Shown: positions 12,963 through 27,569, numbered from the stretch's first letter. The stretch is 64,000 bases of DNA from Eledone cirrhosa (GCA_964016885.1 OZ024741.1:100688001-100752000); one strand, 5' to 3'. Numbers and translations: made by a program. The notes: generated by a model not told the origin, from the letters alone.

Positions 12963-14025
12963 AATAGAAATTTGGTGGTTGTTTAATCCCAACAAGAATT
13001 CTATGATCAAAAGTGTTATGTCACATCCTTCTTTTTGGTATTGTCTACCTGGGACTAAATTATTCAATATGTCCCACCCATTGTTACAAGGTAGAGTATA
13101 ATTTGATTTGCCTCGGTTCAGCCCTGATTATGAAGATGTGTGATCAAAGCCATTCTATTCATGACAACTTCATGTTTCAGGTTTTTCCATGACCACATCA
13201 TCCAATTTCTCCTGTTTTTAAAATAGTAGGGTGTGTGATATATATATATATATGTATTTTTAAGGAGGATTTGCCTACTATTTTTAGGAGTTTGAGTGAC
13301 TGTGTATAGGATATTTTTAATACCTTCTGTAATAAGGGTATTTTTACTGGTTTAAGTATTGGTATATTGAGTGGTGAACTGTGTGGAAATAGTGTTAGTG
13401 TATTGAGTGGGTGGATGTCAGGTTGGGGTATTGATAGGAGTATTGGGTGAGTGTAGCGTTGGTGTATTGGGTGGATGGCCTGATCTAGGATTTGTGAGTT
13501 GGGATATTAAGTAGATGGGTGTTGGGAGGTTAGGTGGCTAAATAGTGATGAGTCTGTAGGGTAAGAAGAGGAATAGCTCATTCAACCTAATTAATTACAC
13601 TTTCTGTAAATTGATATTTAATTATATTTTATTTCCTCATTAGTAACTTCAACTTTTCTAAAATGAGATGTAAAACAAATCAGTTAATATTTACTGCTGA
13701 ATATAGATAGATAAAAAAAACTTTCAAAACTAAATTGTTTTTTATAATAATGAAAATATGTGAGGGCTTTCCAGGGTTTTGTTTTCTTAAAACTTATTTA
13801 AAAGTGTTCTGTATATTATTTTCCTTTCTTTATTTTGTTTGTTTTTGTTTGGTCCTGCTTTTAATCATTCTATTTGCAGTAGAGAATTTAGATGCACTTG
13901 TTTTAAACCATTTATTAAAAATAACACTCCTGCACCACATTGTCAAAAATGCTTACATGTCAACCTTGCAGAAGCCCTTTGCACACCTTTTCCTTTATCC
14001 CCACCATCTATTCTTTCCTCTGTAG

Positions 14026-14190
14026 CGCCTGTCTCCACGGTGACTGCCGTCCCCAATGGCCATTATCCCGGCGCTGAAAGTCCTCAATCACAAGTGGCTG
14101 TACGTCCTGTCTACCCCAGAACACAGTACAACACACAATATTCTACTCCACCCAGAGTCCATGCAGGAGATGTGTCTCAGACCACTTCCA
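14026..14190 (+). CDS. NEO1: DCC/neogenin cytoplasmic exon
   Basis: Long pyrimidine tract then tgtag|; donor A|gtgcgt; 165 nt, phase 1-1. PPVSTVTAVPNGHYPGAESPQSQVAVRPVYPRTQYNTQYSTPPRVHAGDVSQTTS (frazzled-like RP-YPRTQY). Confidence 0.85.
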
Positions 14191-17100
14191 GTGCGTAATT
14201 ATCTTCTTAAATTATAACGAGAAAAAATAATGATAATAATAATAATAATTTCCCTTCTTTATACAAGTTTAAAAAAAAAAAAGACAACAAAAATTTTATT
14301 TTTTCTTTAACTCCAAATTTCATTTAATTTAAAAATCATAAAATTCATCACATTTTAACAATTTGGCATGTCTGTCTGTGTGCGTTAGTGTGTTAGTGAG
14401 CATGTCTATGTGAGTGTGCATGTGAGCATGTATGTGTGAGTGTGTGTGAGCATGATTGTGTATGTCTATGTGTGAATGAGGGAGAGAGGTGACCTTGAAG
14501 TAATTAATCTATATTTAATGATTGATTTAACATTCCAAGTTATCTTGGTATACAAGTGTTAGTATATGTGTGGGAGTGTGAACACACAAATAAGTTTATC
14601 TTTGTTACAAAAATTGAAAATAATCTATTGTAAATACACAAAGCTTACTTTTGTTTTGTGTGTGTATATATATATATATTTGTATTGGTGTGGAATGGAC
14701 TCCCAGTGGTTTTGAAGATGAGTGTTCCAGTTGTTCAGACACATGTACTCTTAATGTAATTCTCAGGGAGATTCAGTGTAACACAGTCTGTGTCACAAAG
14801 CACACTCTTCGAATTGCAGGTACATTCTATCTGAAAGGCTTCTAAATAATTTACATCTACTCAGTTTCACTGACAATGCATGGGTCGACCCAAAGCTATA
14901 GTAAATAATACATGTCCAAGGTGCTATGCTATGGGATTGAGCCCAGGACCTTATGATTGGGAAGCAAAACTTCTTAAACATTTAGCTATACTGTGTTCAC
15001 AATTGTGTGTGTGTGTATATACATGGGTAACCATAGCTTTATTATATAACAAAAGTTAAATAATTTTTATACCTACTAAGTTCAATTGTTATGTCTTTTA
15101 AATATTGCTAACATGCTTCATTTGTTTATTTATTTGTTTTTGTTTCATTTGAAATGTTATATTTGATAAATCAAACAGGAATTCTTCAAAGTTGTATTAT
15201 TAGTATAATATAAATGTTTATCCGTAGAGAAGCAGGGATAAAATGTGTATGTAAAAGTATGTAAACACACGCATTTTATATATGTAAGCATGGAAAACTG
15301 AACATAAAAATAAAATGTTTTATTTAAACATTTCTCTGTATATTGAAGCTCTGGTTAAGCCATCCTTCTTAAGTCTACAGAGAGATAGACAAATAAGTCA
15401 GGTTTTCATATATATAAATGTGTGTATGTGTATGTGTTTACATACACATTTCCTGCAGCATTGGTTAAATCCTGTTTATTGTTTCTTTACAGATATGAAT
15501 TTATAGTATACTTCAGCTACTTAGTGTACAGTTAAATATATTAGCATAATGTAAACCAGGGGATAGAACCTTTTCTTATATATATATATATATATATATA
15601 TAAAGGACCTCCTTTATCGAGTGCTTTGCTAACTCATCATTTTATATAGTAGGCCGAATTTGCTTGCAAACCGCCAGAGATTCGATTTTACTAAGTATCC
15701 AATTATATATATATATATATATATATACATACATATATATAAGAAAAGATTATAACCCCTGGTTTACATTGTATATGTATGTATACACACAGACATGAAG
15801 AACACTTTAATTTGTGTATAGTCTAATGAGGACACAGGATTTTTTTTATTAAATATACAAAAAAAACACTAAATCAAATTTATAAAAATAAATATTAAAT
15901 AAGAAATACAAATGAAATCCGTCCATTTAATGACCTTTTTTTAAGAATTTAAGAACATTAAAATAAATGTGATATTATGAAATCAATAAAAATGTACGTT
16001 TTTATGCAAAGTCCAGGCTTAAATATAGCCTTAAGGCCGTAGCTTCCCTACTCTTGATCTAAACCAACAGAATCAAATAAGTAATACATACTTACTAGCA
16101 GGGAAAGGGAGTATTAAATGATGATGATGATGATATTTTTATTCACTTTCGTTACTATGTTTCTAATGAATAGCGCAGTCTATAATTTTGAGCAAATTTT
16201 GAAAATAATCAAGAGATTTAGTAGTGGTTAAAGAATTGGATTCACAATTGTGAGTTAGCGAGTTTGATTCCTTGACTGGGCAATGCATTATGTCCTTAAG
16301 CAAGACACTTAAATTCATATTGCTCTTTCTAGCAGAAATTGCATCCAGTGGATAGAATCACCAATGGAAACATTTGTCTGATTGGACGAGTTCCACCTCA
16401 TTTGGTGAGCAAGTGAGGTTTGGGATCTTGTCAATCAATTCCATAGAAAAAAAAGTAATATAACTGATTTTTCTCATTTTGAAGCTGGATTTTACATGAA
16501 GTTATGATGGAAGGTTTTTAGTTAGATATGAACACTTTGAAATCAACAGTTTAGTATCATAGAAACAAGACCAGTTTCAGGCAGTTTTCTTTACTATGTT
16601 AACTTTTAGGGTAGTGTAATTTAACTATAACTCTTGACCTTTACCAAAAATACAGTCTAGAAATGATATTTCTAATTTTTTAGCCATGGACAATATAGTG
16701 TCATTTATGCTACTTGTCAAATAAACTGTATGTTTGAGAATTCCTATTTATTTAAATATGTTTATATATGTATGTATACCTTATATATATGTATGTATAT
16801 TTGAAACAATTTTTGTCTTGAACCCTGCTCCCCCTCTCCATAAATCTAATTAATTATTAATTTGTAAAACAAAGCTTGAGTTCACACAGACAAGTATATA
16901 CTTACATTTACACACTAACACATATACATTTTTTTCTATGCTTTAAGCCATACTACATTGAAAATTATATACTTCAACACCCGCTCTATTTGTTTTGAAA
17001 TCCACTATAATAATTAACAGGTTTTAAATTATAACATTAAATCATATTTTAGTTAAATTTGTACAAATAGTTTAGTATGCTGTACTAATAATGTTGTAGG

Positions 17101-19482
17101 TTTAATACTTGGAATTGATTAATCTAAATATTTATAGTATATTCATTATATAGTAGATTATTATTAGATAAACATTCTACTAGATTTGATAATGTTCTGT
17201 ATTAAAGAATATACTTCAGTTTACTATATAGTTCTGATATAATTGTATATTATCTAATATAATATAGTAAATGAGTAAATCTAAGATTAATATATATTAG
17301 ATAAAAATGCCACTACTATATGTTTAATATTCTGCTTTGTAATAGTATACTTTACTTGATCAAATATGTCAGACCCATCAGAGATCAGATATGTATTATT
17401 CAATTAAATGATATTCAGTTTATGATGTAACTTTAGTACATTATAACCAATATGTTAAGTTGAGATATAGCATTCAGTATTACTCAGTAGTTAACAGCCT
17501 AAACTAATTTTAACAACTGTATATGAGCATTTCTAAAATACATTCACACATACATACACACATCAGAAAATATTACATTAGGCTAAGGATCCTACCTCAG
17601 GATTTCCAACTAATTTTAATCCTAATTGCTTTGTAAGTCTTTGCTTCACTTACATAATTATACAATTCAATATTTCAAACATAAAAGAAGTTAGCACCAG
17701 CCTTCTGCTTCCTTATTAATTAAATTGATTGTTATTGACTAAAATATAATGACTGTATCATAGCTTGCTTCAAACCTCACTGATTCTCTCTCTTTTCAAT
17801 CATAACGTGTTCACTACTAACGTTTCACATCTTACAACTGCTTCTTAACACATCATTCTTATGTTGTTACCTACATTAACCTCTATCCATCCATTGACAT
17901 TTATCATTCATCATTTAGAGTTATTTATCTTTATATTTAGTTTGTCTTCATGTTCATTCATAATTATCACTTAGATCTAACCATGCCTCATTTGTTTTTA
18001 AATTATTCTTTTTTAAACTATTCATGAAAATCCTCTCTCCAGTCTATCTTTTATAAATGCCATTGATTTCAATTTATGAATTTATATCATTTTGTTTTTC
18101 TCTTTTGATTTTGCTGATTATATATATATTATCATAGCTAATTTGCATAAGAAACCATATATTTATCCATACTCTTTATAATCTTTCATCAGAACCTTTA
18201 CACACATTAGTTAACAATGTAGATGTCATAGACTGAGTTATCTGTTTCAGCTTTTTTTTTTCTTTTATTCTCTTTTTCTCTTCATAAAATAGACCAGCTC
18301 CACCTATTTCCTTTCTCACTTTAATTGGAAAGAATCAACAAATTCTCAAGTTTGTAGATAAAAATTAAAATAAAATACAATAGTTAGTTTGTTGTAAGCA
18401 TTGAAAAATCCTACATTTCGGACATTTTGTCCTTCTTTGAAGCAAAACAATGTATGTATGTTAATAGCATGGTTACTAAAGTGGGGGAAAAAAAAAAACA
18501 TTTACTGTTGAAGAACACCAGTAATTTCTTTGTGCCTTCATCATAAAGATAACAATACTTCACCCAAGTTTGTCTTTTTTAACATCATATATCTTACATT
18601 AAAGAATTTTTGAAAAGAAACCCCAACTTTTTTTTTTTACACATTTTTCCTGGCTCCAGCCAGTTAATAAAGAAAATATGCTGTTGTACTGACATGTACA
18701 CACCCGAGACAGCAAAGATAGATGGATGTTTAAATGATGATGTTGATGGTTTTTAGCTAATGAATTTTGTGTACATTGAACACACATATAGTTAAGTATA
18801 TAGATAGATAAACCTGATCATACAATTGAAAAAGAACTCACTAACAGATTAGGTATATTTTGTTTGGAATCACATTACAAATTGATCACTGTGTTTCAGC
18901 ATTTGTCTCTTCAGAGTAAACTCTGAAGTTTCCTCTGAAGAGACAAATGCTGAAGCATACAAAGAAGTCAACTGTTCAAGAATTTGAAACACATGGTTCA
19001 AGTATAATACCTATATTCAAGTGTGTGTGTGTATAAGCAGTTGGTGATAGAAAGAGCTTTAAAAACCATACCAAAAAGGTATGTAGTGTTGGTGGTTTAC
19101 ATGATAAACTTACCTAGTGATTAGTGATAGATAGAAAGAGCATCGAGCCATAGGAAATCTGTCGAACAAAGGGCCAGGAAGACCCTTCAGCTTTGTCAAA
19201 GACATGACAGCATTCTTAAACTTGGTACCATGATAAAAGACACTTGGTAGAGTAAAAGAACATATATGTGATGCAGGTTCCCAGTTTGTCTGAGCACTTG
19301 GTAGAGTGTAGGAACATGTGAGATGTGGACCTCTAGAAAAATGAATATTTAAAGATGATATAATATATACATATAATATATTACCTGATCTGACTTTTCT
19401 CACAATGGGACAACTCGTCTAACCCTTACTAGCATGGAAAATGGACGTTAAACAGTGATTATGATGATATATATATATACAT

Positions 19483-19801
19483 ACTCAGCTGTAGAAATGA
19501 AATGATAGGACTAGGGTCCCTATTATTCCACTGCAAAGTGGTCATGGAGGTGCCATGGCAAAAAGGCACCCAGCTCACACTGTAAAGTGGACGTGTAGGC
19601 GCCACGGAAAAAATGCACCCAGCACTCACTGTAAATGAGGTTGGTGTTAGGAAGGGTATCCAGCTGTAGAAATCAAGCCAGAATCAGTTCCCGTATGAGC
19701 AAAACAAGGTCAGCCAATCGGACACTGCCCACAACAAGACAACCCGTCTAACCCATGCTAGCGTGAGAGAACAGGCGTAAAACGGTGATGATGATGATGA
19801 T
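19483..19801 (+). mobile_element. 5'-truncated copy of the RTE-tailed SINE
   Basis: Shares the actcagctgtagaaatga..attccactgcaaagtggtc junction with 63463-63800; full RTE-B 3' UTR and (GAT)n. Confidence 0.8.
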
Positions 19802-20626
19802 ACACACACACTGTTATTTTTGTGAAGATAATCGTTACCTCTCACCTAAAATCTTTTATTGATATTCTATCAGGGGAAAAGAAGAGAAAATACTGTTTCA
19901 ATTAACGGTTTATTAATGGCAGTTAGTCTTAAGAGAATCAACAGATAGTATTTTTAGTAATGTAGCTCAGGTAAATCCAAAGACAGTCTTCTTTGGTGAC
20001 ATGACATTGTCAACAAATATAATGTTATAATGTCAATGGTGATATTTTGTTGCATTGGCTAAATGCTAAAGAAAATATATACATTTAGGGGATAGTTGAT
20101 AGAACTGATTCCAGAATATGGCTGGTACTAATTTTATTGAGCTGGTATGAGGAGACAAAAAGCAAAATTTGTACTAATCAGATTTGAAATGAGAGGATAG
20201 AATGATAAAATTAAATGCTGTATCAAAGCAAGTGTTTGTTTGGAATTTAGTAGAAATAGAAGCTTTTGCCATATTTTGATAGTGGGGTTTAAAACCCTCT
20301 AAATGGAAAAGTATGAGTATCTGTACGTCAATTCTCATTCTTTTTCATTTAAACCCCACTATCAGGCTAATTTCTTCATTCAAAACACGGCAAAAGCTTC
20401 TATTTCTACTAAATTTCAAATGTTGTATACTTAACTCTCTTATCATTTCTGCCCTTCAACTACACGCGGGGGGGGGGGGGGTAAAGGGTGAGTGAGAATT
20501 AGACAAATCACAACAATAATATTAAAGAATAATAATAGCAAATCCTGTAATGTTCAACTTTGCTTTTCATCTTTCCAATATTGATAGAATATAGTACCAG
20601 TCAAGTATTACAAGGCAGGATTTTAA

Positions 20627-20743
20627 TTAACCTTTAGCACGCTTAATGTTTTTTATGAATTGCCTCCCTTGTCACTGCATTGTGTATTAAGGGGAGATTA
20701 CTCTATTGGTGACACACGGTGCCTAGAGCGTGCTGAGGGTTAA
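20627..20743. mobile_element. Second TTAA-flanked MITE family
   Basis: TTAA CCTTTAGCACGC ... GCGTGCTGAGGG TTAA; relatives at about 4980-5104 and 21733-21850. Confidence 0.75.
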
Positions 20744-20854
20744 GTGATCCTTCTCCTCAGTTTTGTGGCTTTGTGCCTTTATTATTAATATCGTATTACT
20801 TATGTATTGCCAGGTCTTTGATATAATTTGTTTCTTATGTTAACACTTCTACAG

Positions 20855-20893
20855 GCCTGCAAGTAAGAGCTGTTCCTCAACCAAACACTCGAG
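20855..20893 (+). CDS. NEO1: Candidate 39-nt in-frame microexon of the neogenin/DCC gene
   Basis: Branch-like ttaac then cttctacag|; strong donor GAG|gtgaga; phase 1-1 with no stop: (S)LQVRAVPQPNTR. Confidence 0.55.
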
Positions 20894-21884
20894 GTGAGAG
20901 ACTTGTTATGTAAAAATAAAAAAAAAATAAAAATTGAACTAACTGATCCTTAAAATCTAAGAATTGCTTCAATGTTTAGTGTTTACTAAATTAGTTTTGG
21001 AATTTTATAATATAAGGGCTACTAACATTAAACAAAGCCTCTAGAGGATTGCAATATAGAATTGTCTCCCTTGATCAGAATTAACTGACCATATCAGATT
21101 TTTTAGTTTTTTCAACATACACACATCATTTTCTCAATGAATGATCATCCTTTGTATAGAGAGTTATTTACTAAAATAATGTTAAGGTATGGCAGGGTTA
21201 AAACCTCATCAATGTATTCAATAATTAGTGACACCAGAAGCAACAATTTACAAATAAGCTTATTGATTTTTAACTCTTTCACTTATCATATTTCCTATGA
21301 AATAGACTACCTGTAATTTCTAATTAATTTTTTCATATAATCAAAAATTTGGAGAGATTTAGTAATATAACTAGTTTTCTCGATATTAAGCTGGTGTAGG
21401 GTAGTGGATTAGCAGTATCAGTAGAGTGTCGGACAAAAATACTTTCCGGCATTTAGTTATGACTTTCTATGTTCTGAGTTCAAATCCTGGCAAGTTTAAC
21501 TTTCATCCTTCTTCCAGCCTCGATAAAATAAAGTACCAGTTAAATACTGGGGTCGATATATACAACTTTCCCCCTTCGGCAAAAATTGCTGACCATGTAC
21601 CAAATATTAGGCTGGTGTTTAGAACATAACTTAAGCAAAGGTTCTTTGATAAAATTATGGAATATGAAATGTGAATATGAATACATAAATACGAAAACTT
21701 AAACAGTTTTTTTATTAAAAACCAGGAGTCATTTTAATCTTTAGCATGCTAGAAATGTGTATGAATTACTTCCCTTGACACTGTATTATGTATTAAGGGG
21801 AGATTACTCTATTGGCGTTTTAATGTGCCTGGGGCCTCCAGAAAATTAACAGTTTGTTATTAAAAGTAAAAATTAATATATTAG

Positions 21885-22130
21885 TAGACATGGCTGTATG
21901 ATTAAGTTCACTTTATAATCACATGATTCCAGGCTTAATTCCACTGCAAGTGTACTCTTCTGTAGCCTTAAGTGCATCAGTATCTTATAAGTGGAATTTG
22001 GTAGACAGAAAACTGTGCAAAAGCCTATCATGTAGTACGTTAGGCCAATGTCTTCTACTATAACCTCAAGTTGACTAATGCCTTGTTAGTGAATTTGGTA
22101 AGCAGAAATGGTGAGGAAGTCCATCATATG
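21885..22130 (+). mobile_element. Third abundant tRNA-derived SINE family (representative copies)
   Basis: catggctgt(g)tggttaagaag..ttctactatagcct..gtgaatttggtagac motif; also at 1945, 5095(-), 14860(-), 25130(-), 32150(-), 50395 and 62200(-). Confidence 0.65.
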
Positions 22131-23081
22131 TTTGTGCGTGTCAGTTTGCTACACGTGTCTTCATATAGACAGTGTTTACAGTTAGCAGTGGTGTTTGTTT
22201 ATTTCCTACATGAATACTACACCCTACATTGTAGCAGTTCAAAGATGATGAACAGTTTATATACCATACTTTAGAAATAAAGTATGGCTTCATGTGAGGA
22301 AGGATATCGGCCATAGAAAATTTGCCTCAAAAAGTTTCATACAACCCATGCTAGCATGGAAAAATAGGCATAAAATAATATATGTATCTGTGTTTATATT
22401 CTGTCACTTTGTGTATTGTAACTTAGGGTTTTGACAAATAGATTTGATAGAATATGTACATACACTATCAGAAAAAATTATGTGAAAGACATAACTAGAA
22501 TACATTTGATTATAGATCTTTTTTATCATGGCTGAATTGGTCTGATTTAGGGCTAAATAAACAACTTTTACCAAGTCACCTTCATGTAGTGTTTCTAGAG
22601 CAAATCATTCAATCAACACTTCATATAAGCAAATGATAAAACACTCATGAATTATACAGTGCTCCTGCTACCTTCTCTATCCAAAATACCTATATACATA
22701 TAAATTAAACTCTTCCCATTTGAAGGTAAATTATAAACTTTATGTAATACCAACAGAATCAGATTATCAATAGTTCATCCTTGTAATTCTAGCAGTTTTC
22801 GGAATATTTCCTAACATATTGTGTTGCTACCTTCTATAGCTTTAATAATAATAATAATGGTTTCTGATTTAGGCACAAGGCCAGTAATTTGGGGGCAACA
22901 GAAAGTCAATTATATCAAACTCAGTATATGACTGGTACTTTATTTGTCAACTACTAAGATCAATATCATTGACTTAACCTTCCAGAAAAAATGGTGGCTG
23001 GTGCCAAAATTAGAAAACATTATTGCTATTATAATAATAATAATAATAATAATACTTTATTGGTAACAGCTAGTCAGATAT

Positions 23082-23197
<116 letters not shown>

Positions 23198-26100
23198 TAT
23201 ATATATTGAATAAGCTTTGCATTTTTATTTGTCCTTGGCTTGTTCATAAATGCAGGGTTAATTTGTTAATATTATTTTCAGTGTTTCACTTAACTAACAA
23301 CTAACAACAGAAAACAGTGTTATTAACATATTTTACTAATTGTAATTTGCTTTTTCATCTAATCTTGATTAATAATCACTTTAGAGCTATATTTTCAACC
23401 CACTGTAAAAATCTTTCTCTGATAGTTTGTCATTGTCCTTTTAAAAATAGTTGTCTTCTGATCACCCTGAATTGGCAGAATGGGACAAAATACCTTTGTG
23501 TTTTAAGTTTAAATTTCACTAGTGATGACTTTTCATTCTTCCAGGGTTGATAAATAATGTACTAGACTAAGGTAGTGAACTAACACAATCATTAGAGTGT
23601 CAGACAGAATGCTTAGAGTATTTGTTCTGGCACTTTGTGTTCTTAGTTCAAATCTCATCATGGCCCACTTGGGTCATAGATTTAATCCATTGCCTCTTTA
23701 ACAGCACTACCTGGTTTGGGGATACTTTTAGCAGATTCTGCTCTGTTGCAAGCATGGGAAAGAGTGGATACTTTCCTTCCTTCTTCCCACTCATCTCAGA
23801 GTCCCAGAAAATGGTTACAGGTGCTGTCGTACCTTGTAACTACATGATTAAAAAATAATATCCCCTCATTTGAGTATATCAGCAAGTAGAGGTGACTTTA
23901 ATCCTTTAGCATTTACATTACTCTATATTTACTATTGTATTTTCAAGGTAAAGGCTTTATCTCACATAATATCGAATCTGAGATTTTGATATTATTTATT
24001 TTGAGAAGAATACCATAACATTGGTATGAGGGGGCCGGTTACGGCCAGTTTGAAAGAGAAGGTGGTGAGAGAATTCAGGCTGGATACAGCCACTTTAAAT
24101 GGTAAAGGGTTAAATATGTAAGTTTTCTCTTTGTTGGTTTTCTCTCTCCCAAATCTGGTGATTATTGCTAGTCTTTGTTTGATTCCCCACCACATTTACC
24201 CACACTTTTAGTTCTCTTTGTACTATTCTACTCATGTTATCATTGCTAGATTAAAGAAAGAATATGTAGGTTTTGTTTTCTACTGTGAACAGTTATACAT
24301 TGTCTAGCCTCACATTTTACTTGTTTGCTTGTTGCAACCACCCTCCAATATTGATGAATTTTCTGTAAATTGCCAAACATTTCCTTTGTATACACTATAC
24401 ATACATCCTTCCTCCAGTCACCCTTTGTTTCTCATATTACCAAATGACTAATTAGTACTTGGCCAATGGACAATAGATATTGTCAAACAATGGGACATAA
24501 TAAAAAAACATTATATATCCACATGTTCTCGGTGAATACCACCTGCATCAATTTTACCTGTCTGGGTGGGTTTGCACAAGTCATGGACATTGCTTTCTAC
24601 CTTTGCTGACAATCAAATTATTTTAAACAATTGGAACTCACCAGTTCCAATTCAGTTCAAACTAATGGAGATTCACTATTAACTATTTAGAAACAAAATT
24701 GTTGGGTGGATATGGTATTGAACTACTAGTTCAAAGATCTTGGATTCAAATGTTTTAAACTCAGGGCGAATATTTCATGTGGATATTTTTGGAGTAAACA
24801 ATGAAAGTAAGAATTTCAATATCTATGCTATTATTCCTACCTAACAGGATCGACATCTATTGTTATGCTAATGTTATTAGTTTGTATATTTGTTGTTGTT
24901 TTATTAATGAGGAACAGGGGTAGTATTCATGACATTCTTTTCAGGAACTTTCTGGCTAGTGGGCAGTAGCTATCCTTAGCCTCAAGATAACTAGCAGTAG
25001 TTATCCTTAGCCTCAAGACCTGACTTTTATCACAGAATGCTTGCAACAGGCACCCAAGGACCAAGATGGTTTGAAACCATAGATTAAGTCTACCACCCCT
25101 AAGGACAGGATCAGTCCCTCCAGTGGTCTACCATATAGTTTTAATCTATCAAATTTCACTCTCAAGAGTTTAGTCAACCTGAGTCTACAGAAGACACTTG
25201 TCCAAAATACCACACTGTGAGATGTAGCCTAAAATTATGTGGTTGTAAAGCAAGCGTCTTAATCACACAGCCATGCCTGCACTCATAGTTGATACAACTA
25301 TCACGTTAGTATGTAAGATATCCTATGAGTCAAAAGGAACTTGTAGTCACTTGATCTGCTAGAAATAGCAGCCAAATTATCCTCTACTCCCTGAAAATGA
25401 AAAAAGACACATTGGATCATGTAGTCTTGATACATTATGCTGGAATTTAAAAAAATAGATGGCCATGGCTAGAACACCTGTGATCTTAAGTCTGCTCAGT
25501 CAGGGATGACTTAGGTGTTAAATGACAAGATACACCAATAGATCACCTTTTTTTACTATATAAAGACTAATAATAATTAAAATCTTGAAGGTAAATTAAC
25601 ATACATGTTTGCTATGAATGTGGCACAAGTGAATGGAATGACCAGGTCTTCCATGATATAATAATGGTGATATATTGATGGAAACAAATATGTGAAGTTA
25701 CTTAAAGAAATTTTATGAAATTAGAATGATCAGTATCCTAAGCAATTATGAAATAGTGCATTATTAAATAGAAAATGTTTTAACTTTTCATTACCATATT
25801 TCTCATGAAATACACTATGATTTTCAGTAGTTTTAAAAGTAGTCAAGATTTGGGTGAGGCAATTAGTAAAATAACAAACTTTGTCATTATCAAGTTGGTG
25901 TTTGGAGCATAACTTAAAGGTTTTTTATATAAAATTATAATGGAAGGTTTTTAAATAAATATCAACACTTAAAAATAAAAAAAAATGTTTGCATTGCAGA
26001 ACTAGGGGTTGTTTTGGTAACAAAAGAATTAACCATTTAGCATTTAAACTGGCCGTATCCAGCCATAATTCTCTCACCTCTTTCTGTTCAAACCAACTGT

Positions 26101-26559
26101 AACTGCTCATACCTACATTAAGGTATTGTTTTCAAAATAAATAACATCAAAATCTCATAGATTCAATATTATGCGAGATATTTATGAAAGATAAAGCCTT
26201 TACTGTGAAAATACAATAGTAAATATAGAGTAATGTAAATGCTAAACAAACAAATCTAAGGAATGGTTGTCTTTGTTCTATTTTGTCTCAATCTTATATT
26301 CTTTGTCTAATGGTTTATAAACTAGTTCACATAGCAGTTTGAAATAATATTTGCAAAAAACTCAGAAATGAGTAACTTCTTTCTCTAAAGTTCTTCACCA
26401 TCAGTTAGATATACTATTATTATAAGATAGTAAAGGCTTGTAATCTCTCACATGATACCAGCTCTTTTGGTATATGAATGTATTCTGATACCAACAATGG
26501 ATTAACAATATATCTTAAAATGTTGTTCACAGTTCTTCAAAACCCATCTTTACAAAGTA

Positions 26560-26869
26560 CAATTGTCCCCCGATATTCGCAGGGGTTACGTTCCTAGAGC
26601 ATCCGCGAAGAGTGAAAAACTGCAAATATTGGACATGGTCCATAAAAATGCCTATAAATGTCAAAACTTAACAATATTTAGGCCAGCAAATACAGTATAT
26701 TGTTATTAATAATTTAATGTTAAAAAGCATGAAAAAATATATATTGCCATGAAAAAAGCCATTAAAAAACCGCGGAAGATATTTACAATTCGACAAATAT
26801 GCGGTGGTTTCCACGAACAATTATTAGTTAGGTTCTAAGAAAAATCCTGCGAATGCCAGGAGTACACTG
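26560..26869. mobile_element. Tigger/pogo-like MITE
   Basis: TA-flanked, imperfect TIRs CA(A)TTGTCCCCCGATATTCGCAGG / CCTGCGAATGCCAGGAGTACACTG. Confidence 0.6.
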
Positions 26870-27569
26870 TATACTGCTAAATGGAGACCAAGACCTAAAC
26901 ATGGATCAGGTTAGGCTAATAGGTTAGCGGAAAAAAAATATTTGAATCATTTCACTTCAGAATTCACAAATGGGTCACTCTATATCTATCTTTCTATGAA
27001 ACTGGCTTCCTTTCTTGTTTGAATTTTATATCATGTTTCTCCCTCTTTCAGACACCACACTCACTTTTGGCTATAGCTATAGTTCTTTACTTTTGATTCA
27101 GCCATCATGGTTAAGGCCATGCTAAAGCACTGCCTTTATGTAATTTACTCATTTAATATATTTCAAATAGACAGCTTATTCTTATAATCATGGAGCTGGT
27201 TTATTGGTTTATTCTCTCTATATTTTTATATTATTTTACTTTTTTCTCAGTTGAGCTTTACCAAAAACTATTTAGAAACAACCTCTCTGCTTAAACTAAA
27301 CATCAATACAGTTTCATATGGCTTACATCTCACAAAAGGGAATTTGCTTCCATCTATTCATCCATTTCTTTTTCTTTCTATTTTTTTTTATTTTTTCATT
27401 TCATTAACTAAATATTTTACTCCATTCCTTCCAAAGATCCTTCATATTTTACTTTTCATTTCATATTAAAAAATTAAAAACTATAAAGCATACAGCACAA
27501 TTTTGGTTATCATGAATGCAGATCTATGCAATAAAATTTACCTGAGATAAAAAAAAATCATGTATGCAT

